Of a DNA stretch of 64,000 bases, positions 27,650-38,100 are shown piece by piece. The translations under genes were made by a program, and so were the position numbers. A model generated the notes under the pieces. It was given only the letters and a program-made list of their open reading frames with translations. It was not told the DNA's origin and did not search any database. Each line of letters starts with the position of its first letter. Within the stretch, counting starts at the first letter, position 1. The DNA is from Planctomycetota bacterium (GTDB taxonomy: Bacteria; Planctomycetota; PLA2; JAEUHO01). The DNA lies in contig JBFWRP010000021.1 of the NCBI GenBank assembly GCA_050248855.1, forward strand, positions 1 to 64,000. The letters run 5' to 3'.

Positions 27650-28158
27650 TGCGCAGCTTCTCCTGGATCCTCATGGTCCTTGCTCTCGCCCTGTTCGCCG
27701 CATGCGGCGACAAGGGGGATGCCGACAAGGGCGGCACGACGAACGGCACCGGAGCGACCGCCGACCACGACGGGGATCATGATCACGACGCGGATCATGA
27801 CCATGACGGCGATCACGACCACGACGACCACGACGACCACGACCACGGCGAACGGCACGTGCTCGGTGAGGCCCAGGCAGGCGGCTACACCGTCGCCCTG
27901 GCCGTCTTCGGTGACATCAAGGCGGGCGGCGAAGCCGTCCTCGACATCAACGTGAGCGGCGGGGACGCGTCGGTCGTGCGTGCCTGGGTCGGCGTCGAGT
28001 CGGGCAAAGGCTCGATGAAGGGCAAGGTCGACGGCGAGGACGGCGACTACCACGGCCACATCGAGATCCCTGCCGAGATGGCCGAAGGGAGTGCGATCTG
28101 GGTCGAGATCGAAGGCGCCGACGGCGCCAAGAACGCGACCTCGTTCAAGCTGCCCTGA
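27646..28158 (+). CDS. His/Asp-rich metal-binding lipoprotein
   Basis: ATGA overlap; FAAC lipobox; DHDGDHDHDADHDH... tract; YHGHIEIP. Confidence 0.85.
   Translation: MMRSFSWILMVLALALFAACGDKGDADKGGTTNGTGATADHDGDHDHDADHDHDGDHDHDDHDDHDHGERHVLGEAQAGGYTVALAVFGDIKAGGEAVLDINVSGGDASVVRAWVGVESGKGSMKGKVDGEDGDYHGHIEIPAEMAEGSAIWVEIEGADGAKNATSFKLP
27763..27846 (+). repeat. GAC/CAC-rich low-complexity repeat encoding an Asp-His tract
   Basis: Repeated GACCACGAC-like units. Confidence 0.8.
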
Positions 28159-28280
28159 GGCGCGGCTGGCGTCTGAACCGGGTCCGGCGCACCATCGCGT
28201 GCGCCGGACGACCGATGAGCTCTGTTGAGGGGCTGCCGGCTCCTCGTCCCCACGTCCCCCCTTCCCTGTAGGTACTCGCC

Positions 28281-28796
28281 ATGTCCATCCGTAGCTTCGC
28301 TCCTTCCCTGCTTGTCGCCCTGGCCTTCGTGGCTGCCACATCGGTGCGCGCGGACGAGCCGCCCAAGCCCCGTCTCGAGTTCCTCTACTTCGCCGTCGAG
28401 GGCGCGGGCGAGGCGGAGGTGGGGGCGGCCGTCGAGCGTGCCGTCGCGGCGGTTCCCGGTGTGAGGTCCTTCGCCTGGACCCGCGAGCGCGCGGAGGCCA
28501 AGGTGATCCGCGTCGTAGGGGAGGCGCCGACGCCGGCCCTGATCGAGGCGTTCCGCGGCGCCAAGGCGATCGCCGCCGTCGTGCCCGTGACGCAGCCGAC
28601 CCTGGTCTTCCAGACGCGGCTCCACTGCAACGGGTGCGTCATGAACGTCAAGCGCGCGCTGCGCAAGCTGGCGGGCGTGAAGGAGATCACGGTGGCCAAG
28701 ACCATGGACTCCGTCACCCTCGTGCTGGCCGAGAAGCAGACATCGTTGGAGCAAGTGCGCAGCACGCTCGTGGACGCAGGCTACCCGGCTCGCTGA
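28281..28796 (+). CDS. exported tandem HMA-domain protein
   Basis: Signal peptide; first HMA-like domain without CxxC (VERAVAAVPGV); second with LHCNGC and LRKLAGV. Confidence 0.85.
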   Translation: MSIRSFAPSLLVALAFVAATSVRADEPPKPRLEFLYFAVEGAGEAEVGAAVERAVAAVPGVRSFAWTRERAEAKVIRVVGEAPTPALIEAFRGAKAIAAVVPVTQPTLVFQTRLHCNGCVMNVKRALRKLAGVKEITVAKTMDSVTLVLAEKQTSLEQVRSTLVDAGYPAR

Positions 28797-28835
28797 TCCC
28801 ACTCGGAGGCGGGACCTGCATTCCTGCTCAGCCTC

Positions 28836-29762
28836 TCAGGGCGCGGTTTCGGAGAGCAGGCCCAGGTAGCGGGGCGCCACGCGCGCCATCCAGGCGCCAG
28901 GAGCCTCCGCCGTCCATCGCGTCGTCTTCGACAGCCAGCAGAGCACGTGGGCTGGCGCGCGGGCCAGCGCCCCGGCGGTCACGAGGTCGGGGTCGCCGTG
29001 TCCGTAGGCGTGGAGGGCCATGGCGAGCATGTCCGCGCCGAACCAGATGGCGAGCGGGGTCCACTCCGCGTTGACGGTGGACCACGTGGCATCGGTCCAG
29101 TCCAGAACGCCTACGAGGTCGCCGCCCTCGTCGACCAGCCAGTGGTCGGGCCCGAGGTCGCCATGCGCGAGTGCGCGCGCGCCGCGGTCGGGTCCCGCCG
29201 CATCGAGGTCGGCCAACGTGCGTTCGCCGATGCCGGGTGCGAGCAGGTGCTCGATGCGCGGTAGGACGTCCGCCAGCTGCGCACGCAGGTCCGGGGACCC
29301 CGCGTCGGCATCGGGCGGCGCGGCGGTCACGTCGTCGGGGCGGATCTCGTGGAGCTCGCGCACGAGTCGACCGTACGTGGCCGCGAAGCGCGGCCACGCG
29401 GCCGGCGCCGGCAGCCGCACGTTGGCCGTCTCGCCCGGCAACCACGTGTAGCCCGCGAAGACGTACGGGAACGTCTCGCACGGCCCGCCGCGCCACAGGA
29501 GCCGCGGGATCGGTACGGAGATGCGGTCGGCCACGTGGGGCAAGAACCCGATCTCCCGCTCCAAGCACGCCGCCGAGCTGGCCCGCCGCGGGAAGCGCAC
29601 GAGGTCTCCGTCCACGCGCCACGCGTCGAAGTCCCAGCCCGAGCCGACGTACGTGACGCTGGCAAGCGGCGCCTGGGGCCGCGCCGCCCGCACGGCAGCG
29701 CGTACCGAGCCCTCGTCGAGCTCGGCCCGGTCGAGCCGCCACGGCGGATGCGCATCCTCCAC
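28836..29762 (-). CDS. aminoglycoside phosphotransferase (APH)-family kinase
   Basis: GSGWDF, LVRFPR, HGDLGPDH, GVLDWTDA; GTG start 6 nt after TACGTT. Confidence 0.88.
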   Translation of the reverse strand: MEDAHPPWRLDRAELDEGSVRAAVRAARPQAPLASVTYVGSGWDFDAWRVDGDLVRFPRRASSAACLEREIGFLPHVADRISVPIPRLLWRGGPCETFPYVFAGYTWLPGETANVRLPAPAAWPRFAATYGRLVRELHEIRPDDVTAAPPDADAGSPDLRAQLADVLPRIEHLLAPGIGERTLADLDAAGPDRGARALAHGDLGPDHWLVDEGGDLVGVLDWTDATWSTVNAEWTPLAIWFGADMLAMALHAYGHGDPDLVTAGALARAPAHVLCWLSKTTRWTAEAPGAWMARVAPRYLGLLSETAP

Positions 29763-29827
29763 GGCGAGAACGTACCTGCGGTGGCGCACGAGCGGCCACG
29801 AACGAGCCTGCGGGGGCGAGATGAGGT

Positions 29828-29929
29828 GGCGGGGAATTCTTCCGCAACTTGCCGACGGGCACGTCCGCATGCCGTAGAGAGGAGCGGCAAGTTGCGGAAG
29901 AAATCCCCGCCTCCGTACAGGCTTTGCCG
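29828..29929. repeat. REPIN-like long inverted repeat (element A, copy 1)
   Basis: 27-bp arms 29828-29854 and 29885-29911 with one mismatch, 30-nt loop; second copy at 53313-53410. Confidence 0.9.
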
Positions 29930-29951
29930 CCAGCGTGGCATGATCGGGGCC

Positions 29952-30869
29952 ATGCACCTGGGGAAGGCGGCCCTGTTGGTCTTGGCGTCCCTGGGCGCTG
30001 CGTGCGCGGCGCCGCGCCAAGCGCTGGACGTCGCGGCCTGGCAGGCCGAGGGGCGTGTGATCACCTCGCCCGAAGAGGCGCAGCTCGTAGACGCCCGTCG
30101 TTCCGTGCACTGGACGGATGGCGAGCTGGAGCTGCGCCGCGAAGAAGTGGCCACGCTCTTCGCCCGGGGCGTGCGTCTGCTGACGGATCTCGAGGGCACC
30201 GCCGGGACGCGCACGACCTTCGTCGTGGACACGGGCTCCACCTTCACGCTCCTCTCCGCAGCGGCCCCGCTGGCGCAAGATGTGCGCCTTGGTCCCCAGC
30301 ATCGCTACGGCATCGCCAACCGACCCGGCGAGACGGGCTACCTCGGCTACCTCCCCGAGGTCGGCCTGGGCCCGCTCGTCGCCGACCACGTGACGGTCGC
30401 CTTGACGGAGCGGTCCCACACCACGGCCGAGCCTGCCAACATCTTGGGGCTCCAGCACCTCTTCCATCTCCAGCTGGAGGGCGACACGGGCCGCTGGTGG
30501 CTTCGAAGCGGCGCTTCACGACGCCCATCTCTCGAGTCGGGCTGGAGCCGCGTCGCACTCGTGCCGGGCACGCCGCTCCTACACGTCCGCTCGCCCGAGG
30601 GAGCCACCGTGCTCGCCATGATCGACACCGGCGCGTGGAGAAGCACGGTCGTCAAAGGCGCCCCGGAGGGTGGGTACCACGTCCTCGACGACCGAGGACA
30701 CCCCGTCCTCCCGGTCGCGGCCGAGAGCACGGTGGACTGGCCGGGCATGGAGTGGCGCGGCGAGCGCATCGTGCTCCTCATCGGCCTGGATGTGCTCGCG
30801 CGTCGGGCGTGCCGCCTCACGTTCGATGCGGCTACCTGGGCCGTGGGCCCGCCGCCTGCTCCTCGCTGA
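29952..30869 (+). CDS. aspartyl protease (retropepsin-like, two DTG motifs), probable lipoprotein
   Basis: GAAC lipobox; VVDTGS ... ILGL and MIDTGA ... LIGLDVL. Confidence 0.85.
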   Translation: MHLGKAALLVLASLGAACAAPRQALDVAAWQAEGRVITSPEEAQLVDARRSVHWTDGELELRREEVATLFARGVRLLTDLEGTAGTRTTFVVDTGSTFTLLSAAAPLAQDVRLGPQHRYGIANRPGETGYLGYLPEVGLGPLVADHVTVALTERSHTTAEPANILGLQHLFHLQLEGDTGRWWLRSGASRRPSLESGWSRVALVPGTPLLHVRSPEGATVLAMIDTGAWRSTVVKGAPEGGYHVLDDRGHPVLPVAAESTVDWPGMEWRGERIVLLIGLDVLARRACRLTFDAATWAVGPPPAPR

Positions 30870-30955
30870 GACGCGGCCTCGAAGAACCGTAGGCGCTCCC
30901 CCTATGACACCCTTCGTGGTGGTGGGCCTGCCGAGCCGCGTCTACAGCCAGGTCC

Positions 30956-31459
30956 ATGCGCCAGGAGATCCTGAATGGCTTCCGCCTCGAGCAGCGGCGC
31001 TTGCGCCTGCTGCTCGAGGGTATCGACGCGGCCTCGTGGACGCTGCAGCCTGCCGGCGTGGTCAACCACGCGGCGTGGACCGTGGGCCACTTGGCGGCCA
31101 GCATGGAAGCCATCGGTGGCGAGCTGGGACTCGCGCCCTGGCTCGAGCCAACGTGGCGCACGCGTCACGGCGAGGGATCGACGCCCGTCGACGATGCAGT
31201 CGCCTATCCACCTCCGTCGGTGCTGTGGTCCCGGTTCGAGGACGCGGCCGATCGAGTGGCCTCGGCCGTGAAGCAGGTGGGCAACGAGGCGTGGTTCGGG
31301 CCGCTCCCGGACGAACGGTATCGCGCGACGTATCCCACGCTGGCCCACGCTGTCCTGCACATCCTCGTCGGCCACACGGCCGCGCACGTCGGCCAGCTGG
31401 GATGCTGGCTGCGAGCCGTCCGTCAAGAACCGTCCGCAGGTCGTGCATCTGGACGCTGA
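30956..31459 (+). CDS. DinB family protein
   Basis: NHAAWTVGHLA, HTAAHVGQL. Confidence 0.88.
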   Translation: MRQEILNGFRLEQRRLRLLLEGIDAASWTLQPAGVVNHAAWTVGHLAASMEAIGGELGLAPWLEPTWRTRHGEGSTPVDDAVAYPPPSVLWSRFEDAADRVASAVKQVGNEAWFGPLPDERYRATYPTLAHAVLHILVGHTAAHVGQLGCWLRAVRQEPSAGRASGR

Positions 31460-31507
31460 CGCGCCCTCGGTGCGTGGCCCGCCGCGCGCCGCCCTATCGT
31501 CTCGGGC

Positions 31508-31993
31508 ATGCAGCGAGAGCTCGACCGGCTGGCAACCTACCTCGACCAAGACGATCGCCATGTAGAGGACGTCTCGGCGTGGTCGATCCACAAGCAGGTG
31601 GAGCACACGGCCCTGGTGGCACGGCAGATCCTGCAGCTGGTCGCAGGCCTCGAGTCGGGTGCCATGGGTGAGCGGGGCGGGTGGCTGCGTTGGCCGGGGC
31701 ATCTCGTCTTGGCGCTCGGTTGGATCCCGCGGGGCAAGGGGGTCGCTCCCAAGGCCCTGCATCCCGCCGACACGCCGGATCCAGACGTGGTGCGTGGCGT
31801 GATCGCCGAGATCCGCGCGCTCCATCCCGAGCGCCGTCCTCGCCGCGGCGGCCCGCGGGCATCCCACCCGCACTTCGGGCCCATGACCGCTCGGCAATGG
31901 GCGCGCTTCCTGCGCATCCACACGCGCCACCACCTCCGGATCATCCGCGACATCGGGAGGCGCGCCCACGTCACGGCGCGTGGCCCACGGTGA
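31508..31993 (+). CDS. DinB-like (DUF1569-type) protein
   Basis: WSIHKQVEH, HPHFGPMT..QW.RF..IHTRHHL. Confidence 0.85.
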   Translation: MQRELDRLATYLDQDDRHVEDVSAWSIHKQVEHTALVARQILQLVAGLESGAMGERGGWLRWPGHLVLALGWIPRGKGVAPKALHPADTPDPDVVRGVIAEIRALHPERRPRRGGPRASHPHFGPMTARQWARFLRIHTRHHLRIIRDIGRRAHVTARGPR

Positions 31994-32104
31994 TGTGTGC
32001 CCGGTCGCAGCCGGGCGTCGCGTGTCCCTCGCGAGATCCACGTCGCGCCGCAGCGACCAGCGCCCGGCCGCTACACTGCGCCCCATCGGAGGAGGCGCTT
32101 CACG

Positions 32105-35023
32105 ATGCGGTGGACGAAGGCGGGCTTGGCGCTGTGGTTGGGTGGGCTGGTGGTGCTCGGTGGGCTGCAACCGGCCAGCGCAGCCGAGCCGGAGCAGCTC
32201 GAGCTCGAGATCCGGGCGCGGCTTGACGGCAAGCCCTGGGCCGACGCACCTGTCCGCGTGCTCGAGGTCGAGGCAACGACCTCGTCCCAGCCCGAGGAGG
32301 TCGGGGCCGCGCTGGTGACGGCGCACGCGCGGCTGCGCGACGCCGGCACGCCGACCGCGGCGCGGTGCGATGCCAAGGGTCGTGCCACGGTGATCGTTCC
32401 GAAGGATGGCGTGCGGCTGCTCCGTGTCGGGAAGGGTCCCGAGGCGTGGACGGCCTCGCTCTTGCCGCCCCTGCTCGTCCCCGGTGAGCCGCTCCTGGTC
32501 GACGCCACGTCGAAGCCGCTTCGCGTCGCGTTGCCCGGGCCCGTGCCCGCGGGATGGCACCTGATGGCCGTGAGACGGAGTACGGCGATCCAAGGTGTCA
32601 TGCCGCTGGCCTTCGGACGCGCCGGTGCGGGCACGGGCCCCATGACGCTCGACGGCATGGCCAGCGGTGTCATCACTCTCGGTTGGATCCACCCCAGGCA
32701 CGGCTTCCAGGGCGCGCATGCGCTGACGGCCCGGCCTGGCGACACCATCGTCCAGGGCAGGCTGCCGCACATGGACGCCGCAAACATGCTGGCCGTGATC
32801 GTCACCGTGAAGGCGCCGCCCGGAACGTCCACGTCCGACATCCGCGTCGATGTGGGGGATCGCGATCCTCGGTTGGCAGGTCTCGAGCCGGGGCCCGACG
32901 GTTCGTTCACGTCCGGCGAGACCGGAGGTGTCCCTCTCTCCGCGTACCCCACGCTCCGCGGCTTGCGCGCGCACATCCAAGCACCTGGCTGCATGCCTGC
33001 CGTCACCGAGCTCGAGATGGTCGAAGCGGTTGATGGGGCGCGGCAGCTCGTGGCCCATGTTGTCCTGGAACAGGGGCAGCCCGTGACCGGGAGCGCGGAG
33101 TGGGCGGACGGGTTGGCCGAGAGACAGCGCTGGGTGCAGGTCCGCGCAGTCCAGGGCACGGACCCGACTCCCTCGACATGGTTCCTCCTTCGAGCCGACG
33201 GGACGTTCGAGACATGGCTCGCCCCCGGCCGCTGGGAGCTCGCGCCGATCCATGATCGCGCTTCCGCCCAGCAGATCGACGTGGGTCCGACGGGCACGGC
33301 CGACGTCAAGCTGCCCGCGGTTGCGCAGCGCACGCTCAGCGGAACCGTCGTCGTGCCCCGCGGGCGCAGCGCAGCCGATGCCCGCGTCTACGCGATGTGG
33401 GGGCCGGAGATGTCCGGCCACTCCGTTCGACCCGACAAGCAGGGACGCTTCTCGATGGAGGTTCCCGCTGCGGTCCCCGGCGGATTGACGCTGGCTGTCT
33501 CCGCTCCGCGCTGCGGCATGGCGACACGCAAGGTGTCCAACGGTCAGACCGACGTCGGCACGCTCGAGCTCGTGGCCGGCGGCTCCGTGCGCTTCGAAGC
33601 CAAGGACGCGCGCGGCGAGCCGCTCGAGGACTGGGGGCTATTGCCGGAGCGTGCCATGAAGGAGCCGGTCTTGGCGCTCACGCAAGCGGTCGTGGATGGC
33701 TCGGGTCGTGCGGAGCTCGCCGGAATCGAGCCCGGCAAGCACACGTTCATCGTGGCCTCAGGAGACGAGCGCAACTTCCAGGTGTCGTTCGAAGTGAAGG
33801 AAGGGAAGGAGACGCGCGTCGCCGTGGCTCCGCCACCCGATCAAGAGCTGCTCGTCTTGGCACCTGACCTGCCGAGCTCGACCTCGTCAGAGGACGTGGT
33901 CATCGCGGCCAAGCTCGGCACGAGCTTGCTCCACTGGGAGACGTTCGTCACGGACGACAAGGGCCACATCGTCCTCCCGTATCCCCGAGGCGCCGACGCG
34001 TTGATCTTGCTCGCCGCGCGAACGGGACGGCTCGTGGCCACCTCGCCCCTGCGGCAAGAGGACGCCCAGCCGGGGACGGCCTCCAAGCGTGCGATGACGC
34101 CGTACGAGCCTGGGCCCTGGGAGGCCGTCCTGCGCATCGAGGACGGCGGGGGACGCCCGGTCTACCCCACGGCTTCCACGTTGATCGTCGATACGGTGCG
34201 CCCGTCCGCCAACCCCATCGAGCAGATGGACTTCGGGGAGCGGGTGAGCGTCAGGCGCATGTTCGAGGTGCCGAGCTTCGAAGTGTTGCGCGTAGGTGGT
34301 CATGTGCTGCTGGGCTGCTCCGATGCGCAGATCAAGATGGACTTGTGGATGCCGCAACGTGGCGAGACCCTGCGCTCCAAGCGCCTCTTCCTGCGGGAGT
34401 TCGTCGATGCCGCGGGCCAGGCCGTGGATTTGGCTCCTGCCGTCGTCGATCTCCCGGCGCCTCCACGGGTCCGGGTCCGCCCGGCGCTTCCCTTGCGCAT
34501 GGCGATCAAGGCCGCTGGGTCTCCAGTGCGCAAGGCGATCGTCGAGGTCCAGTACGTGCTGCCCGGTGACGTCAGCTACCGCGAGGGCGAACTGCCTCGC
34601 GTGCGCGTCAAGACGGACGCCCTGGGCGTGGCGACGCTGCGCGATCGCCCGCAGGACATGGACCTGCTCGTGCGCGTGGTCCAGGCCGAAGGCGGCGTTC
34701 CCCAGGCAAAGCCCGTCACGATTGCTGCGGCCCAGAGTGGCACCGTCGAGCTGACGGTCGAGAAGGCGGCCTCGGTTGTCGTCACCGTGCTGGACAGGGC
34801 CGGCAAGCCCGTGGTCGGCGTCAACGTCTACGTCTGGGACGCCGACGCCCACACCCAGCGCGATCCCCGGCCGGTCGCGACGGGCACGACCGACGCCGAA
34901 GGCACCTGCCGCTTCGAGGGCCTGTCCGCAGAGTCCCGCTACCAGATCGACGTCGAGGACGACCGCTTCGCGCCCCACATCGACTGGCGGCCGCTCGACA
35001 CGACACTTCGCGCTATCCGGTAG
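32105..35023 (+). CDS. large exported protein with carboxypeptidase-regulatory-like beta-sandwich repeats
   Basis: GGAGGAGG RBS; signal peptide; repeats such as VLDRAGKPVVG, TTDAEGTCRFEGL, DKQGRF. Confidence 0.85.
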   Translation: MRWTKAGLALWLGGLVVLGGLQPASAAEPEQLELEIRARLDGKPWADAPVRVLEVEATTSSQPEEVGAALVTAHARLRDAGTPTAARCDAKGRATVIVPKDGVRLLRVGKGPEAWTASLLPPLLVPGEPLLVDATSKPLRVALPGPVPAGWHLMAVRRSTAIQGVMPLAFGRAGAGTGPMTLDGMASGVITLGWIHPRHGFQGAHALTARPGDTIVQGRLPHMDAANMLAVIVTVKAPPGTSTSDIRVDVGDRDPRLAGLEPGPDGSFTSGETGGVPLSAYPTLRGLRAHIQAPGCMPAVTELEMVEAVDGARQLVAHVVLEQGQPVTGSAEWADGLAERQRWVQVRAVQGTDPTPSTWFLLRADGTFETWLAPGRWELAPIHDRASAQQIDVGPTGTADVKLPAVAQRTLSGTVVVPRGRSAADARVYAMWGPEMSGHSVRPDKQGRFSMEVPAAVPGGLTLAVSAPRCGMATRKVSNGQTDVGTLELVAGGSVRFEAKDARGEPLEDWGLLPERAMKEPVLALTQAVVDGSGRAELAGIEPGKHTFIVASGDERNFQVSFEVKEGKETRVAVAPPPDQELLVLAPDLPSSTSSEDVVIAAKLGTSLLHWETFVTDDKGHIVLPYPRGADALILLAARTGRLVATSPLRQEDAQPGTASKRAMTPYEPGPWEAVLRIEDGGGRPVYPTASTLIVDTVRPSANPIEQMDFGERVSVRRMFEVPSFEVLRVGGHVLLGCSDAQIKMDLWMPQRGETLRSKRLFLREFVDAAGQAVDLAPAVVDLPAPPRVRVRPALPLRMAIKAAGSPVRKAIVEVQYVLPGDVSYREGELPRVRVKTDALGVATLRDRPQDMDLLVRVVQAEGGVPQAKPVTIAAAQSGTVELTVEKAASVVVTVLDRAGKPVVGVNVYVWDADAHTQRDPRPVATGTTDAEGTCRFEGLSAESRYQIDVEDDRFAPHIDWRPLDTTLRAIR

Positions 35024-35140
35024 CTGCACGCGTCGCGAGGCGCACGGCAGGTCCGCCGAATGACCACGGCTCCCCGCGTCGTCCGAAGCGCTCCGTGAAC
35101 CGATTGGCCCGCGGGCGGCCATGGGATTCTCGGAGCCCCC

Positions 35141-38100
35141 ATGTCCCGCCCGCCCCAACCCCTCTCCGTCGAGACGCTGCTGGACAACGCCGAGGGCATG
35201 AGGCGCCTGGCGCGGCAGCTCGTCCGGGACGCCGCCGAGGCCGACGACGTGGCCCAGGACGCCCTCGTGCGCGCCCTGCATGCCGGACCGCGGGACCCGC
35301 GCTCACCTCGCGCCTGGTTGTTCGGGCTTGTGCGCAACGTCGCCCGCGAGCGGCGGCGGACCGCTGTCCGACGCCACGCGCGCGAGCAGGCTGCCCAGCG
35401 GCAGCGGATCGTCCCCTCGACGGCGCATACGGTCAGTGAGCTCGCCGAGCACCGACGGGTGCTCCAGTGCCTCGCGGAGCTGCCCGAGCCCTATCGCTCG
35501 GCGCTCTGGTCGCGTCACTTCCGCGACCTGCCGCCGCGCGAGATCGCCGCGGAGTGCGGCGTGCCGGTCGAGACCGTCCGGACCTGGCTCAAGCGCGGCC
35601 ATCAACGCTTGCGCGAGCGCCTTGACGCGACCGACGCGCAAGGGGGAAAGGCATGGCGCGCTGCGCTCGCGCCCTGCTTGGGAGCAGCCGCGGGCCGCTC
35701 CGTGGGATGGGGAGGAGGGCTGGTCATGGCCAGTGCAACGAAGGCGGGCGCCTTGGGTGTCCTCACGGTTCTCGCGCTCCTGGCGGGAGCCTGGCTCTTG
35801 GGCGTGCTCGATGGGGAACGTGCTCGCGTTGAGTCGCCAGCAGGCGGCGTCACGGCGGACAGCGCGTCCGCTGGCCTGGCCCAACCCGGTTCGGCGCCGC
35901 AGCTGACTGCTCCTGGGCGGGCATCCGAGCTGGTGTCGGATCCGGGCACCTTGGTCGGACTCGTCGTGGACTCGCACGATGCGCCTGTCCGCGGCGCGCA
36001 TGTGCTGATGGGTGCGGCTGACGTTGCCTCGGTGGATGACATGGTGGTCTGCGCAGCGAGCGGCGACGATGGCAGATTCACGGTCACGTTGGATCCGGCC
36101 GCGGAGCGTGGCGTGTTGGCGGCGATCGGGCCGGCCGGAGAGACCACGATCGTGCCCGTGTCGGCCTCCACCGTGCGCATGGTCGTGCTGCGCCTTCCCG
36201 CGGGCGGGGCCGACGAGGTCTGCGTGCGCAGCGTGAGCACGGGCCTGCCCGTCCCCGGCGCCCGCTGCGAGGTGCGGCTCCGCGAGGAGGGGCGGACGTG
36301 GATCCGCACGGTCGTTGCCGATGAGGCCGGGCGAGCCTCGATCCCCCACATGGCGAGTCGCAACGTGAGGGGTTGGCGCCTCCTGCGGGTGCGCGCTCTA
36401 CAGCACGCCATCTACGAGGAGGTCTACTCCCCCGGAGACACGGACCCCACGAGGGGAACGTCCGACTCACCTCGTGACATCTGGCTGGATGCAGCCATCG
36501 AGCTGACCGTGCGCGTCGAGGATCTCACCGGTCAGCCCGTGGCTGGAGCGGTCGTCCAGGGGTGGAGTGGGTGGCGCGAAGGCCCGCCACGCGATCGCCC
36601 CGAGTTCGCCATCGAGGTCGGGGCCGCCGAGCCGCACGACTCTCGCCTGGAGCTGGGCCGTGCCGTAACGGACGCTGCGGGGCGCGCCATTCTCCCGGGG
36701 CGCAAGGAGTACGTGAACATCACCGTACGCGCCGACAGCGACGACGGCCTGGGCATCCTCACCACGTTGGGGGGCGCACGCAACAACGAGGTACGCGTCG
36801 TCCTGCGCCCGACGTGCCGCATCCGGGGGCGTGTCGTGGGTCCCGACGGTCAGCCCGTCGTCGGTGCGTTCGTCCACGTACATCCGGCCGAGGTCGCCGA
36901 GCGTCTGCGCGCTGGTGGGAGCACTCGGGAACCCGCACCGGAGTCCTTGACTGGGTTCCACAGTCGAAGCGGGGCCGACGGCACGTTCCGGCTGGGGCCC
37001 GTGTCCGTTCCCACGAGGGACGGTGTCCCCCTGATGGTGCAGGCGGTGACGGGCGCGCTGGGGGCAGCCGTGGCCAGCTTCGACGCCAAGGAAGCCGTGG
37101 GGGACATCGAGGCCGACATCGTGTTTGCGGCCTCGGACGCGCCGCACCGCACGCTCGTCGTGGACGCAGCGGGCACGCCTGTCGAAGGCGCGCTCGTCTT
37201 CTGGGGCAACATGCGCCCCGCCTCGGTGACCGATGACTCGGGGCTCGCTCTGTCGAAGCCCTACGCGCTGCCGGATCTGGAGCTGCACGTCGCCAAGGCC
37301 TGCTACGGCGTGGCGCATGTGCCCCGGGATCCATCCGGGACGAATCGCGTCGTACTCCACCCAGAGTGTTCCCTCGCAGGTCGCCTGGTCGACGCGAGCG
37401 GCCGTGGCGTGCGGGGCCACTTGGTCGTGTACGCGGCGCCCGCCGCCGAGGGCGCGTACGTCTCCGCCGCCCGCTTGGCCACCGCCTACGCGGGGGACGA
37501 TGGCACCTTCCGGTGCGAGCACCTCCCTCCACCGCCGTGGCGCATCGAGTTCACGCACAACCAATCGTTCCCGCATGGAGGGGGTCGGCAGCTCAAGGGC
37601 GAGGCCCTGGTCGACTCTACGAACGACGTCGTGCTGGCCTTGGGTGACAGCGCGCCAGGGCCTGGCCCCAGGTCCTTGCTGGAGGGTGTCGTCCTCGATC
37701 CAGACGGGTCGCCAGCAGGCGAGTATTGGATCCACCTTGTGCAGGGTGAGCGCCATGTCGCGCCGCGCACACAGAGCCGGAGGTTCCGCTTCGAACGGGT
37801 TCCCCCTGGAGCCTATGTTGCCGAAGCGTTTGGCTCCGGTGGCCGCACGCTGGCCTGCGTTCCCCTGGATGTCCGACCCGGTGAGGACCAGCGTGATCTC
37901 GTGATCCGTTTCAGCCCCGAGGTGGACCGGGCAGCTCATCTCTCGTTGCCCGACGGCACGCCCTTGGCCGGTGCCACGCTGCGTTGGGAGCGGATCGACG
38001 GTCACGGGGGAAGCGAGGGACGCACCGACGCCGAGGGAGCCGTCCGGCTGACCACCGTCCTGCCGGGACGGTACAGGCTGAGCGTTCAGGCACCCGACGC

